Below, in pieces: positions 9,124 to 18,058 of a stretch of DNA of 34,959 bases (position 1 is its first letter; every line of letters starts with the position of its first letter). The translations under genes were made by a program, and so were the position numbers. This DNA is from a virus (Duplodnaviria > Caudoviricetes): positions 1 to 34,959 of the IMG/VR virus record IMGVR_UViG_3300008255_000082. One strand, given 5' to 3'. Under the pieces are notes generated by a model that saw only the letters and a program-made list of their open reading frames with translations, ran no database searches and was not told the DNA's origin.

Positions 9124-10086
9124 ATGGCATTTAATGAGTATTTGATTAATAAGCGTGGGCGTTTGACTTGGTGTGATGAGGCAGCGTTTGGTGATGGTGG
9201 TGACATGGCTAATAATGGTATTCTTGTTGGTGTTAATGCTATGATAGAGCCGGATTTTGATGAGAACTGGCAGGAGATATTGACTGCTGGTGCGGATGCT
9301 AGAACTGTTGAGAATAAAGTGGTTGGTCCTCTTACTCTACCTTTTACGTTGTCTTTTACAATGGTTGAATGGAAGTTTTTGAAGTATCTTGGTTATTCGT
9401 TTACGAATACGGGTGGTCCGACGTATACGCACACTGGGACGTTGCAAAATGCGGTTCAGTCTTTTGCTATTGAGTGGGCGTTTAGGCATACTACTTCTGT
9501 AGTGATTAGTCTTGTGGGTTGTTTTGCGAAGGGTGGGACTATATCCTTTCAGAAGAGTACTGGTGAGGGCACTGAGAGTTTTGTGAAGGTGACTATGCAG
9601 TGTATGGCTCAGGATTACACTCTTGGTAGTAGTGTGACTAGTGTTTCTGCTACTACGAGAACGCCTTACCAGTTCCGCATGATCAAAGCAACATTAGATA
9701 ATGTTGAGACGGTTGAGGTGAACAATGGAGATATTACAATAGATCAGGGCATTAATGAGGATGATAGCAGGTATGCTAATAACACTCTTAATCGGAAGAT
9801 TGGAGAGCCAATACCATTAACTCATAGGATCACAGGTCGTTTTAATGTGAACCATAAGGCCAGTACTCATTTTGATAGTTGGGCAACTGATGCTGCAATA
9901 TCCAATTGCTCTCTGGATTTTATTGAGAATTCTAGTACGAATAAGTTAGAACTGGATTTTTCAGGTTTCCGTTTCCATAAGGTTTTCCCTTCTATGGATA
10001 ATACAAGTGTTACAAACTCTGACCTTGTATGGAGTGCGTTAAGTTTTTCTGGAATTGTAGCAACTGATACACTAGGTGATTACTAA
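9124..10086 (+). CDS. Tail tube (major tail) protein
   Basis: 320 aa, beta-rich; GGAGG RBS; precedes the chaperone and tape measure genes. Confidence 0.75.
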   Translation: MAFNEYLINKRGRLTWCDEAAFGDGGDMANNGILVGVNAMIEPDFDENWQEILTAGADARTVENKVVGPLTLPFTLSFTMVEWKFLKYLGYSFTNTGGPTYTHTGTLQNAVQSFAIEWAFRHTTSVVISLVGCFAKGGTISFQKSTGEGTESFVKVTMQCMAQDYTLGSSVTSVSATTRTPYQFRMIKATLDNVETVEVNNGDITIDQGINEDDSRYANNTLNRKIGEPIPLTHRITGRFNVNHKASTHFDSWATDAAISNCSLDFIENSSTNKLELDFSGFRFHKVFPSMDNTSVTNSDLVWSALSFSGIVATDTLGDY

Positions 10087-10478
10087 TGGGAAGGAATTAT
10101 GAGGATGATTTTGCTAGTTCTGAGCTGGTTGAGTTAGAGGTTGAAGGTTTTGAAAATGGGGATTTTTTGTATCAACCTGTGACTGCTGAGATGGAAAACT
10201 TGTGGGTTAGTGAATGTACTAGTCGTGATAAAGAAACTGGAGAGATCATTCAAGACTTGTCAGAGGTTAATAAGCGTCGTATTGCTTTGTTGCATAAGGT
10301 TCCTTATTCTAGGGAGTTGATTAAGAAGCGTACAAAGTTGGATAAAGAGTGGAGCGAGTTAGGTGTGGATCATAAGTGGGATTTTTTGAAGGGTTTGAAG
10401 CCTGTGAGGTTTAATGCTATTATCAGTGCTATGGTAAATTTTGATAATGGGGATGGTGAGGCTAAAAAAAAGTCCTAG
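10086..10478 (+). CDS. Tail assembly chaperone (short form)
   Basis: Between tube and tape measure; ends at a slippery site. Confidence 0.75.
   Translation: MGRNYEDDFASSELVELEVEGFENGDFLYQPVTAEMENLWVSECTSRDKETGEIIQDLSEVNKRRIALLHKVPYSRELIKKRTKLDKEWSELGVDHKWDFLKGLKPVRFNAIISAMVNFDNGDGEAKKKS
10466..10472 (+). promoter_or_regulatory. -1 programmed ribosomal frameshift site A-AAA-AAG
   Basis: Correctly phased heptamer just before TAG; the -1 frame is open to 10705. Confidence 0.85.
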
Positions 10479-10705
10479 AGGCGATTAGATCATTTAATCC
10501 TGGTTTGGGTTTTCAACTGAGTGATCCTGGGGAGAAGTATTTATATCATAAGTGGTTGTATTGGAAGAATGGTATCAGTGCTCGTGAGTTTCGTAATGAG
10601 TGGGTTCGTGATATGAGAGATATAATGGATATTGAAAATGCGGTGAGTGAGAAGCAACAACGTGAACAAGCGATAGTTAGTGCTATGCGTGGGGTGAAGT
10701 TCTAA
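10469..10705 (+). CDS. -1 frame extension of the tail chaperone (lambda GT-like)
   Basis: Frame ...VLEAIRSFNPGLGFQL... has no good start of its own; its stop overlaps the tape measure ATG. Confidence 0.75.
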   Translation, partial: KVLEAIRSFNPGLGFQLSDPGEKYLYHKWLYWKNGISAREFRNEWVRDMRDIMDIENAVSEKQQREQAIVSAMRGVKF

Positions 10706-11580
10706 TGGTTCGGGGTGTTGGAAGGGTTGGTTCAGCTGGAAGTTTGAAGGTTAAGGGTAGTTTGGACACGTCTTCTTTAGAATCTGGTTTCCGTAGGGTT
10801 AAGGGTGGTTTTGAGGGTGTTCGTGGTCAGGCTAGTGGTCTTGCTGGTTCTTTTAAGAACGCGTTTGTAGAGTCTCAAGGGTTACTTAACACGTTGAAGG
10901 GGTTGAGTTTAGCGGGTGTTGCTGGTATTGTGGCTATTGCTAGTCGTGCTCCTGCGGTTGCTCCTGCTATTGCAAAGATGAAGGCCACGTTTGACATACT
11001 TACAAGGGCTTTAGGTGAAGCATTGGCTCCTGCGTTTGAGAGGGTTAGTGTTTGGTTGCTGAGGTTTACGGATTGGGTGTTGGCTAATAAGGGTCCGATT
11101 AGGAATTTTGCTATGGGGGTTTTGGATCTTGCGGAGAGTATTGGAGGTGCTTTGTTGCCTTATGTTAAAAGTTTTGGTGAGTGGGTTTTGTCGCATCCTA
11201 AGCTGTTTGCTACTTTTTTTGGCGGTTTGGCTTTAACGCCTAAGATTTTGGCAGGGATTAGTACTTTAACGTCGTTTTTTAGTTTGGTTGGTGGTCTTGG
11301 GCTGACTTCTGGTGCTACTATTGCGGTTACGGCTACAGGATTAGGAAGTTTAGGTGCAGTTGAAAACTCTTATAGAGGTGCTCAGAGGGAGAGAGAGGCT
11401 ATTAATGCTCGTCCTGGCCATGCTCCCAGAACATATAATACGAGTGGGGCTAGTACAGAGGAATTACTTAACCTTTTGGATCAGGAGATAGCGCAAGGTA
11501 AGGCTTTAATTGCTCGTAATAAGCAGGACAATGCTAGATATTCTTGGCTTAACGTGTCTGATATGTTATTTGGTGGATGA
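10705..11580 (+). CDS. Short tape measure protein
   Basis: GSLKVKGSLDTS N-terminus; Ala/Gly-rich amphipathic helices with periodic W/F; synteny. Confidence 0.75.
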   Translation: MVRGVGRVGSAGSLKVKGSLDTSSLESGFRRVKGGFEGVRGQASGLAGSFKNAFVESQGLLNTLKGLSLAGVAGIVAIASRAPAVAPAIAKMKATFDILTRALGEALAPAFERVSVWLLRFTDWVLANKGPIRNFAMGVLDLAESIGGALLPYVKSFGEWVLSHPKLFATFFGGLALTPKILAGISTLTSFFSLVGGLGLTSGATIAVTATGLGSLGAVENSYRGAQREREAINARPGHAPRTYNTSGASTEELLNLLDQEIAQGKALIARNKQDNARYSWLNVSDMLFGG

Positions 11581-11583
11581 ATT

Positions 11584-12558
11584 ATGGTTATGAAGATTGA
11601 GAATTGGAATGGTGCTTTAGATACGTTTACGTTTCCTTATAATCCTACTGTTTTTGATGTGACTGCCGATTCTGATTATGTGATGAGTACATATAACTAT
11701 CAGGGATATGGTATCTTGTCGAGTTCTGGTACGAGGTTTCCTTTGAGTCTGGTTCTCACTGGGCATTTTAGTGGTACGAGTAAGACTACTAATTTTGATA
11801 CGTTTGCGCAACATTTTGGTGAGAGTGATCGTCTTAAAAAGCTTTATTTTGAGAGTACTAAGTTTTATTTAGGGGTTGGACAACAGCTTAAGAAGGTTCA
11901 TTCTGGTGGTCGTACTAATTTTATTGATTACGTCTTCCCGTTTAAAGGGATTTGTGGTATTGCATTTGGAGATACAGAGCGTACTAGCGGTACTAACACT
12001 GGTAATGCGACAACGTATGTTAAGAGGATTATTGGAACGGTCACTAGTGGTGCTAGTGCGGTGACTTTATCGGATGCTCTTGGGCTGACAGTGACGGTTC
12101 CGGCTTCTGTTCTTACAACTAATGAAAAAGTGTTGTATCAGTTTGTTTGGATGGCTAATACAGGAATTGGAGTGTTTCAGACGATGTATGGGTGGGTAGG
12201 TTTTGAGGTGACGGTTACTAATTCTGGATCTGCTACTAGCACTGTTGCATTTCAACTGGTTGATTCTGGAGGTACGCCTAATTTTACTAGTTCTGTTCAG
12301 GCGGAGGATGTTGTTCATAACACTACTGATGAGACTTTTACAAGGGTGGTTAGTGTCACGGATAATAGTACGTTAGTCTTGCAGGATGATATTATGGCTA
12401 GTGGTGAAGCTTATGTTATTTATCGGAAGACTGAACTTGCGATTTCTAGTGGAGGATACGGAGTTTTAAGACTTAAGAGTGGTGCTAATGTGAGTACGGT
12501 GGCCACAACGAATTTGACGAGTCCTACGGTATATTTTCACGATGGGTATGTGGTGTGA
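11584..12558 (+). CDS. Putative distal tail (Dit-like) protein with extra domain
   Basis: Follows the tape measure gene; FTFPYNP and L.LTG.F motifs. Confidence 0.55.
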   Translation: MVMKIENWNGALDTFTFPYNPTVFDVTADSDYVMSTYNYQGYGILSSSGTRFPLSLVLTGHFSGTSKTTNFDTFAQHFGESDRLKKLYFESTKFYLGVGQQLKKVHSGGRTNFIDYVFPFKGICGIAFGDTERTSGTNTGNATTYVKRIIGTVTSGASAVTLSDALGLTVTVPASVLTTNEKVLYQFVWMANTGIGVFQTMYGWVGFEVTVTNSGSATSTVAFQLVDSGGTPNFTSSVQAEDVVHNTTDETFTRVVSVTDNSTLVLQDDIMASGEAYVIYRKTELAISSGGYGVLRLKSGANVSTVATTNLTSPTVYFHDGYVV

Positions 12559-12561
12559 TGT

Positions 12562-14694
12562 ATGGCAGTTTTTCAATTTACTTTTACCAACCCTTCTGGA
12601 AATTCAGGAACGCTTTTTCCAGATTTCGAGTTTTATTACACTGACAGGTTAAATGATGTTAATGAGGCAAGTCTCAAGTTTAGTGGTACTGACGCTATTG
12701 ATCGTGGTCTTATTGTTAGTGGTTCTGAAGTACAGATTAAAAGAGATGGGGTGGTTGAGTTTAAAGGTGTTGTTGATCTTATTCACAATTTGGAGATCGG
12801 CTCTATAATCTTGCACGTTTCTGGTTATGAAACTTGGCTTGGTAAAGAGAACGGTACTTTTGCGAATAGCCCTTGGAATAATACGGCTAGTGCTACCGTT
12901 TTTGGTGATGTCATCGGGGATAGTACGAAGTTCTCGGCTGGTACTGTTGATGCTGGTACGAGTATTGATTTTCGTGCTAATAAGAGTCAGAGTATTTGGA
13001 ACGCGCTGATTTCAGGTTTGCAGCAGACCGGTCAGGAAATTCAGATTGATTATGTGAATGATGAGGTTGATATTTTAAATGCGAGAGGTAGTGCTAGTGT
13101 CGTTGCAAGTTTGAATGATGGTCTTGAGATTCGTGATTTGAGAGTTACTACTGGTCCAGTTCAGGGGAATCATATTATTGTGTATGGTAAGGGTGATGGT
13201 GATAATCAGGCTTTTGGTGAGGATGAGGATGCTACTAGTATAGCAACGTATGGTCGTATTAAGAAGACGATTATTGATCCTACGCTTATGACTGATGCTT
13301 CTTGTGGTCTTGTGGCTACTACGGAGCTTGGTGTGCTCAAGGATCCTTCTGAGTTGTATGAGTTCAAGTTAGTGTTTGATATTCCTGTAAGTGTTGGGGA
13401 TCATGTGTACCTTAATAGTTCTGCTCACGATTTGTCTATTAAGGAGGTTAGGGTTATTTCCGTTGTTCGTGGGATGAGGGGTGGAGATGAGTATGTGAAG
13501 GTTCAGGTTAGTAACGTGGCTCATTCTAGGGCTGTGCGTACTAAAGATCAGGTTATAGCAGCTATTGAGAAGAAGCAAAGGGATATTAAGGCGTTTATGC
13601 AGGGTAATACTGCTACTAGTGAGTGGAGTAAAGGGTTGAATGCTAAGACTAATTTTCCTATGGCTATTCCCTTCTTGATTGATCCTAATACTATGGTTGA
13701 TGAAACTGGTACGCTTCGTGTGTTGTCGCTTACGGTAGATTATGAGGTTAGTAAGTATAAACGGCAGTATGGTAGTACGTCGTATAGTGCTGGGGACGTT
13801 GCGCTTAAGGCGGGAACGGTGAGTACTGATGGGGAGAGTACGCTAACTGGTTCGACTGATAGTACAGTTCCTACAATTTCAGGAACTACTGATGTTGATA
13901 GTGCTCCTGCGTATAATGAGTTTGGTAATTTCCTTAGTTCTTCCTTTACGATTAATATAGTTTCTGCAACAAAGTACACTATTAGCCCTAATAGTTCAAA
14001 CACGAGTGGTATGTTTATTTGCATTTCACTTTATCGCCCTTTATTGACAGATTTTCAGAGTTTAAGTATTACGATTGATAGTACTACTGGTAATACGTAT
14101 GGTCCTTTTGATGTGTTTGTGATCGGATCTGATGCGAGGAATAGTGGCAGTCCTACTGGTGAGGGAATCGCGTTCTGGTCTATGTATATTCCGGAGGACA
14201 CGCAATTAGAGGATTATGATATTAAGGTTAAGTCTAGTTTAACTTTTGGAAATACTTCTGAGAATAGTTGGTTTATTACGGTTAATTGGATTACGTGGTT
14301 GCCTCACAATCATAATGATGGATCGTTAGCCGTGGGCAGTCATACACATGGATCCACTGGTATAACGGATATTGGTCATGGTCATGGCCCGGGAACGTAT
14401 GCGGTTCCAGCGGAGGATTTTGATGGTATTACGATTGGTGACGATGTTGGTTTGGCTGGTAGTGTTAATGCTTCTGAGGTTAATTTATATTTGGACTTTT
14501 GGAATGGGAGTTCTTGGGTTAATAAATTTGATATTCCTAATACGGGTAATACGTTGGATACGGGTGTGGATATAAGTTTGGCGGGTGTTTATCCTGATAG
14601 TTCTGGTTTGTGGAGGGTGCGTATTGAGCCTGTGACGGCTACTCCTGATTTTGTGGAAGGAATCGTTAAGGTTAAATATCAGACGGATAACTAG
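12562..14694 (+). CDS. Tail hub/spike protein with C-terminal needle or receptor-binding region
   Basis: Hub-like N-terminal half (NHIIVYGKG, SIATYGRI, VGDHV); HxH motifs HNH, HTH and HGH in the C-terminal half. Confidence 0.7.
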   Translation: MAVFQFTFTNPSGNSGTLFPDFEFYYTDRLNDVNEASLKFSGTDAIDRGLIVSGSEVQIKRDGVVEFKGVVDLIHNLEIGSIILHVSGYETWLGKENGTFANSPWNNTASATVFGDVIGDSTKFSAGTVDAGTSIDFRANKSQSIWNALISGLQQTGQEIQIDYVNDEVDILNARGSASVVASLNDGLEIRDLRVTTGPVQGNHIIVYGKGDGDNQAFGEDEDATSIATYGRIKKTIIDPTLMTDASCGLVATTELGVLKDPSELYEFKLVFDIPVSVGDHVYLNSSAHDLSIKEVRVISVVRGMRGGDEYVKVQVSNVAHSRAVRTKDQVIAAIEKKQRDIKAFMQGNTATSEWSKGLNAKTNFPMAIPFLIDPNTMVDETGTLRVLSLTVDYEVSKYKRQYGSTSYSAGDVALKAGTVSTDGESTLTGSTDSTVPTISGTTDVDSAPAYNEFGNFLSSSFTINIVSATKYTISPNSSNTSGMFICISLYRPLLTDFQSLSITIDSTTGNTYGPFDVFVIGSDARNSGSPTGEGIAFWSMYIPEDTQLEDYDIKVKSSLTFGNTSENSWFITVNWITWLPHNHNDGSLAVGSHTHGSTGITDIGHGHGPGTYAVPAEDFDGITIGDDVGLAGSVNASEVNLYLDFWNGSSWVNKFDIPNTGNTLDTGVDISLAGVYPDSSGLWRVRIEPVTATPDFVEGIVKVKYQTDN

Positions 14695-14720
14695 ATAATG
14701 TGGTATTTAGGTGATTATTA

Positions 14721-15245
14721 ATGGTGGATAAGTTTGATTTAGATGTTACGATTGAGGATGTGTATGAAGAGAACAATCATCTTGTTGTAATTCTTGAGAC
14801 AAGGTATGGTAAGAAAAACCTCTTTTTAGATTTGGATGATAAGTATGATAACCATCTTACTGGACAGCCGAGGTATCTTGCAAAGGTTAAGGAATATTTA
14901 AGTAAACAATATGCAAGTCCTGTAATTGAGAAAACGCAGGTGGAGAGTCCGTATGTGGGCCAGACGATACGTTTAAGTGAGATAAGTTCGGGGGTTATTT
15001 CTGGGAGTGTTAAACGTTTAGTTGGGAAGTTAGGATTTAATCTTGGAGATGCTAAGGTGGTTGCGGAGAAGTATCCTAATTTGATGAAGATCAGATCCGA
15101 TTTGCAACGTGGTAAGAGTTTGCCCTTTAGTGAGGAGATTAATGCTAAGCTTGAGGATTATTTTAGTGGGGAGAGTATTGGGTTTGGTACTCCTTCTGAT
15201 AGTTCCAGTCACATTCCTTTAAGGGATGATGTTGGGGAGAAATAG
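14721..15245 (+). CDS. Hypothetical protein with degenerate HhH-like C-terminus
   Basis: GGTGA RBS; YP..LP..KL pattern and PLRDDV shared with 1233..1598. Confidence 0.65.
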   Translation: MVDKFDLDVTIEDVYEENNHLVVILETRYGKKNLFLDLDDKYDNHLTGQPRYLAKVKEYLSKQYASPVIEKTQVESPYVGQTIRLSEISSGVISGSVKRLVGKLGFNLGDAKVVAEKYPNLMKIRSDLQRGKSLPFSEEINAKLEDYFSGESIGFGTPSDSSSHIPLRDDVGEK

Positions 15246-15247
15246 AT

Positions 15248-15529
15248 ATGGTGAATGTTGTATTGTTTAAAGAGTTGGTTACGCTTGTTGGTTTTCCTTT
15301 ATTGAGGAGTTTTAGTGGTTGGTTGGCTAAGAGTTCGGAAGATGGGAAGTTTACGGAGTTTGAATTTCGACAGCTTCTTAAGACTCTTGTAAAGGTGGGT
15401 AGTATGTCATTTGTTGGTTATCTGGGATTGGGTGCTATGAGTGTGGATAATGCGGCTTTGATTGCTGGTGCTGGTAGTTTCTTTGTTGATAAATTGGTGG
15501 ATTCTTTGAAGGAGTCAAAACGTAAATAA
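15248..15529 (+). CDS. Small membrane protein, holin-like candidate
   Basis: Several hydrophobic segments, basic C-terminus, last gene of the late operon. Confidence 0.5.
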   Translation: MVNVVLFKELVTLVGFPLLRSFSGWLAKSSEDGKFTEFEFRQLLKTLVKVGSMSFVGYLGLGAMSVDNAALIAGAGSFFVDKLVDSLKESKRK

Positions 15530-15540
15530 GTCCTTTTTTT

Positions 15541-15623
15541 TGGGAAGGGGTAATTTTTTGGGATCGTTCTCTACTACCCTCTTGATAGATTCTTTAGGTT
15601 ATTCCTTCCCATCCTTTTTTTTT
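15541..15623 (+). terminator. Long hairpin flanked by T-tracts ending the structural operon
   Basis: tgggaaggggtaat pairs with gttattccttccca (with G-U), followed by T9 and preceded by a T-run. Confidence 0.6.
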
Positions 15624-15714
15624 CTTGGGGCTTTGCCTCATAAGTATATCAAAATTAACACTTATGGGGCAACCTTGACTTATAGCGGACTATTGAGGCA
15701 AAGTCTTTTCTTCG

Positions 15715-15729
15715 GAAAGATATATATAG
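15715..15729 (+). promoter_or_regulatory. Candidate BRE/TATA promoter with no downstream ORF
   Basis: GAAAGATATATATAG. Confidence 0.4.
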
Positions 15730-15880
15730 GGTACGTGCCCATAAAAAATAAAGAAATAGCCCCTCATCGTCGATTATGAGAGAGTATTCATTGTTGAGAA
15801 TACTGAAAAATTGGTTATTTCTGTACTTTAAATAGGTGTCGATTCATTCAGTGTAATAATTCACAGTCCAAGAATGTCAA

Positions 15881-15941
15881 AATGGTGGGGGTGAAGCGTT
15901 TGGTTTTTCCTCTTTTAACCAAACGCTTCACCCCCACCATT
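15881..15941. repeat. Perfect 25-bp inverted repeat with 11-nt loop
   Basis: aatggtgggggtgaagcgtttggtt / aaccaaacgcttcacccccaccatt. Confidence 0.95.
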
Positions 15942-15945
15942 GCCC

Positions 15946-16161
15946 GATAGTGTATACACTATTTGTATACACTCGTTGGATCCGAGAGGCGCATCTCTAT
16001 AACTAAGCACAGGCATAAAATGGTGCGCTTCTCGGTAACGTGCTAGTATATTAGGTTCTACCTAGTTGGTAGGCTTATAAATATACGGTTTTGGTTACGT
16101 AGTAACCGGGTTGTTTTGCACGTTTTGGTTGGAGGATAGTGTGTACAGTTAGTGTATACAC
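15946..16161. promoter_or_regulatory. Two tandem operator-like pairs of GTGTATACAC (15946..15972 and 16135..16161)
   Basis: Each pair begins GATA and has a 13-bp period; they flank a TATA-like TTATAAATA at 16075. Confidence 0.6.
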
Positions 16162-16195
16162 AACTGGGCTAGAAAAGAGAGGGAGGATAGATAGA

Positions 16196-16498
16196 ATGTT
16201 TAAGGTACGTTTTAATTCGGTGAGGAATGTTGTGAGGGGTAGGAAAAATCCCGGTGGTCAGAAAAGGAAGAAGATTGTTGTGTATGTGGATGCGCATATT
16301 AAGGATCAGATTGAACGTATGGCGGTGTATAATGGTCAGACTGTGAGTGCGTTCTGTGGTCGTGTTTTGTCGCATCATACGAGGGATCGGTTGGCTTTTT
16401 TGGAAAGTGAGTATTTGTATTATGCGCATCTTGCTTCGGTGTTTGCGAGTGCTAAGGCTGGTGAGCAGTTGGAGCGTCGGGAGGAGGAGAATTTCTGA
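16196..16498 (+). CDS. Ribbon-helix-helix transcription regulator
   Basis: KRKKIVVYVDAHIKDQIERMAVYNGQTVSAFCGRVL; GGAGG RBS before ATG 16196. Confidence 0.75.
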   Translation: MFKVRFNSVRNVVRGRKNPGGQKRKKIVVYVDAHIKDQIERMAVYNGQTVSAFCGRVLSHHTRDRLAFLESEYLYYAHLASVFASAKAGEQLERREEENF

Positions 16499-16499
16499 G

Positions 16500-16862
16500 A
16501 TGGTGAGTCCTAAGAGGTATTGGTGTTGGAGGTGTGGTTATTGTGGTCATAGGAGGAAGCAGGTGGATCGGTGTCCGAGTTGTGATGAGTCTAATTGGTG
16601 TGTGGTTTCTTCGGTTGAGAGGTTTTTGCATTTGTTGCGTAGGGGTGTGGTGGTTGGTGGTTGTTTGTTGTGTGTTTTTTGTGCGGAGCCGTTGAATAGT
16701 GAAGGTGGTGGTTGTCGTTGGTGTAAGTATTGTAAGGGTGTTCAGCCGAGGGGTAGTTATTTGAAGCGGTGTGTTGGTTGTAGGGTGTTGTTTGTTACGA
16801 GGGTTCGTTATAAGAAGTTTCATTCTGTGGGGTGTAAGGTGGTTAGTGTTAAGAAGGGTTAG
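16500..16862 (+). CDS. Multi zinc-finger protein
   Basis: Several CxxC pairs and a C-terminal CxxC...F...FHSxxC motif; starts right after the upstream stop. Confidence 0.6.
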   Translation: MVSPKRYWCWRCGYCGHRRKQVDRCPSCDESNWCVVSSVERFLHLLRRGVVVGGCLLCVFCAEPLNSEGGGCRWCKYCKGVQPRGSYLKRCVGCRVLFVTRVRYKKFHSVGCKVVSVKKG

Positions 16863-16908
16863 TTTTTCGTAAGTTTTATATACTACCTTGTATTACAATA
16901 TTGTAATA
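16851..16908 (+). promoter_or_regulatory. 58-bp repeated promoter module (TATA plus 18-bp palindrome), copy 1
   Basis: Identical to 20843..20900; TTTTATATA then TATTACAATATTGTAATA. Confidence 0.85.
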
Positions 16909-16925
16909 AATCGGAGGAGAATAAC

Positions 16926-17042
16926 ATGGAAGACGTAACACATATAGAAAAAATATTAGAAAAAATGGAAGAAGAACAAAGACAACAAACCAAAGTACTG
17001 GAACGAATAGCCACCGCAATCATAAACCTAAGAGGGATATAA
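16926..17042 (+). CDS. Small coiled-coil peptide (38 aa, missed by the ORF track)
   Basis: GGAGG RBS after the promoter; MEDVTHIEKILEKMEEEQRQQTKVLERIATAIINLRGI. Confidence 0.65.
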   Translation: MEDVTHIEKILEKMEEEQRQQTKVLERIATAIINLRGI

Positions 17043-17044
17043 CT

Positions 17045-17365
17045 ATGGTAAGACCAATTAAAGCGAGATGGAAGTGTCAGAAGTGTCAATGTGAGCAAGG
17101 GATCAGCAGGAAGGATGTGCATATAAGGACGTATCTTAAACCCGGTGAACGAGTAGAATTACTGTCAGAGGATGGTGATAAATTCCTTAAGAAGTATAGG
17201 GTAACTCGTCGCATAGCTTTGAAGTCCATTAGGTGTGTGATATGTGAGAATGTTGAATTTGTAGAAGGTTTTGATGGTACAAAGTATATTGGTGGGCAAC
17301 TCGTTGAAGTTAAAGAAAAAAATCCGGGGATTAAACCTGTTAAGAGATGGTGGTTTCATGGGTAA
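17045..17365 (+). CDS. Zinc-ribbon protein
   Basis: CQKC...CVIC. Confidence 0.65.
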   Translation: MVRPIKARWKCQKCQCEQGISRKDVHIRTYLKPGERVELLSEDGDKFLKKYRVTRRIALKSIRCVICENVEFVEGFDGTKYIGGQLVEVKEKNPGIKPVKRWWFHG

Positions 17366-17516
17366 AATTGATCCTTATAGAGAAATTGAGTTGATACGTA
17401 TTGAGTCTCAGGAGCATACGAGAATTCTGAAGGATATAAGTTCTCGATTAGGCTTACTGTGGAAGAAATTAGAAGGTGATATGTGGATGAGCAAATATGA
17501 GAAAGACAGATATTAA
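17358..17516 (+). CDS. Small hypothetical protein
   Basis: ATG overlapping the upstream stop region; helical. Confidence 0.5.
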   Translation: MGKIDPYREIELIRIESQEHTRILKDISSRLGLLWKKLEGDMWMSKYEKDRY

Positions 17517-17604
17517 GGATTTAAAGTTTAGGGTGGCGTTAATGCTCATGCTGACATACACGTCAGTTGGATGTTTTTTGTATCTGGTCTCAACGATTAG
17601 ATAA
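17497..17604 (+). CDS. Possible 35-aa membrane peptide
   Basis: MRKTDIKDLKFRVALMLMLTYTSVGCFLYLVSTIR fills the gap before the next RBS. Confidence 0.35.
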   Translation: MRKTDIKDLKFRVALMLMLTYTSVGCFLYLVSTIR

Positions 17605-17617
17605 GGAGGGTAAGAAC

Positions 17618-18022
17618 ATGGAAAATAAATTAGATAGAATTAAATTGGCAGAGGAAGCGTTGCGTATTCCTGGAAAGATTAGAGATTTGGAAATTGAGAT
17701 GTTGGAGAAGAGTGATCAGGTTCTTTTTGTGAAGGATCAGGTTAAGCGTATTGAGCTTGAAGTTGCGGATGCGGTTCAGAATGAGAAGTCTGAAAGTGGT
17801 AATGCTGTATTTTCTAATGATGTTAGTAGGAAGGCGGAGGTTAGTAGGCGTTTGAATCGTGATGGTAAGTATGTTGAGGTTTGGGAGAAGGTTGGTGTGT
17901 TGGAGTTTGAGCTTCGACGTGCTAAGATTGAGTCTGATGCGTTGGCTAATCGTTTGAGTTCGTTGCGTATGGTTACGATATTGTTGCGTAATCATGTAGA
18001 GGGTGCGGATAAGGGTGTTTAA
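17618..18022 (+). CDS. Coiled-coil protein, possibly a UvsY-like recombination mediator
   Basis: GGAGG RBS; long helical hairpin around FSNDVSRKAEV; adjacent to a putative SSB; resemblance by eye only. Confidence 0.45.
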   Translation: MENKLDRIKLAEEALRIPGKIRDLEIEMLEKSDQVLFVKDQVKRIELEVADAVQNEKSESGNAVFSNDVSRKAEVSRRLNRDGKYVEVWEKVGVLEFELRRAKIESDALANRLSSLRMVTILLRNHVEGADKGV

Positions 18023-18058
18023 TGTGGGGGTGGTTTGATCTTTTTTTTTGTTGATTTG

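Noticed and set aside
15540-15779. 79-aa ORF
   Set aside because: TTG start inside a T-run, no RBS, and it overlaps terminator and hairpin structures.
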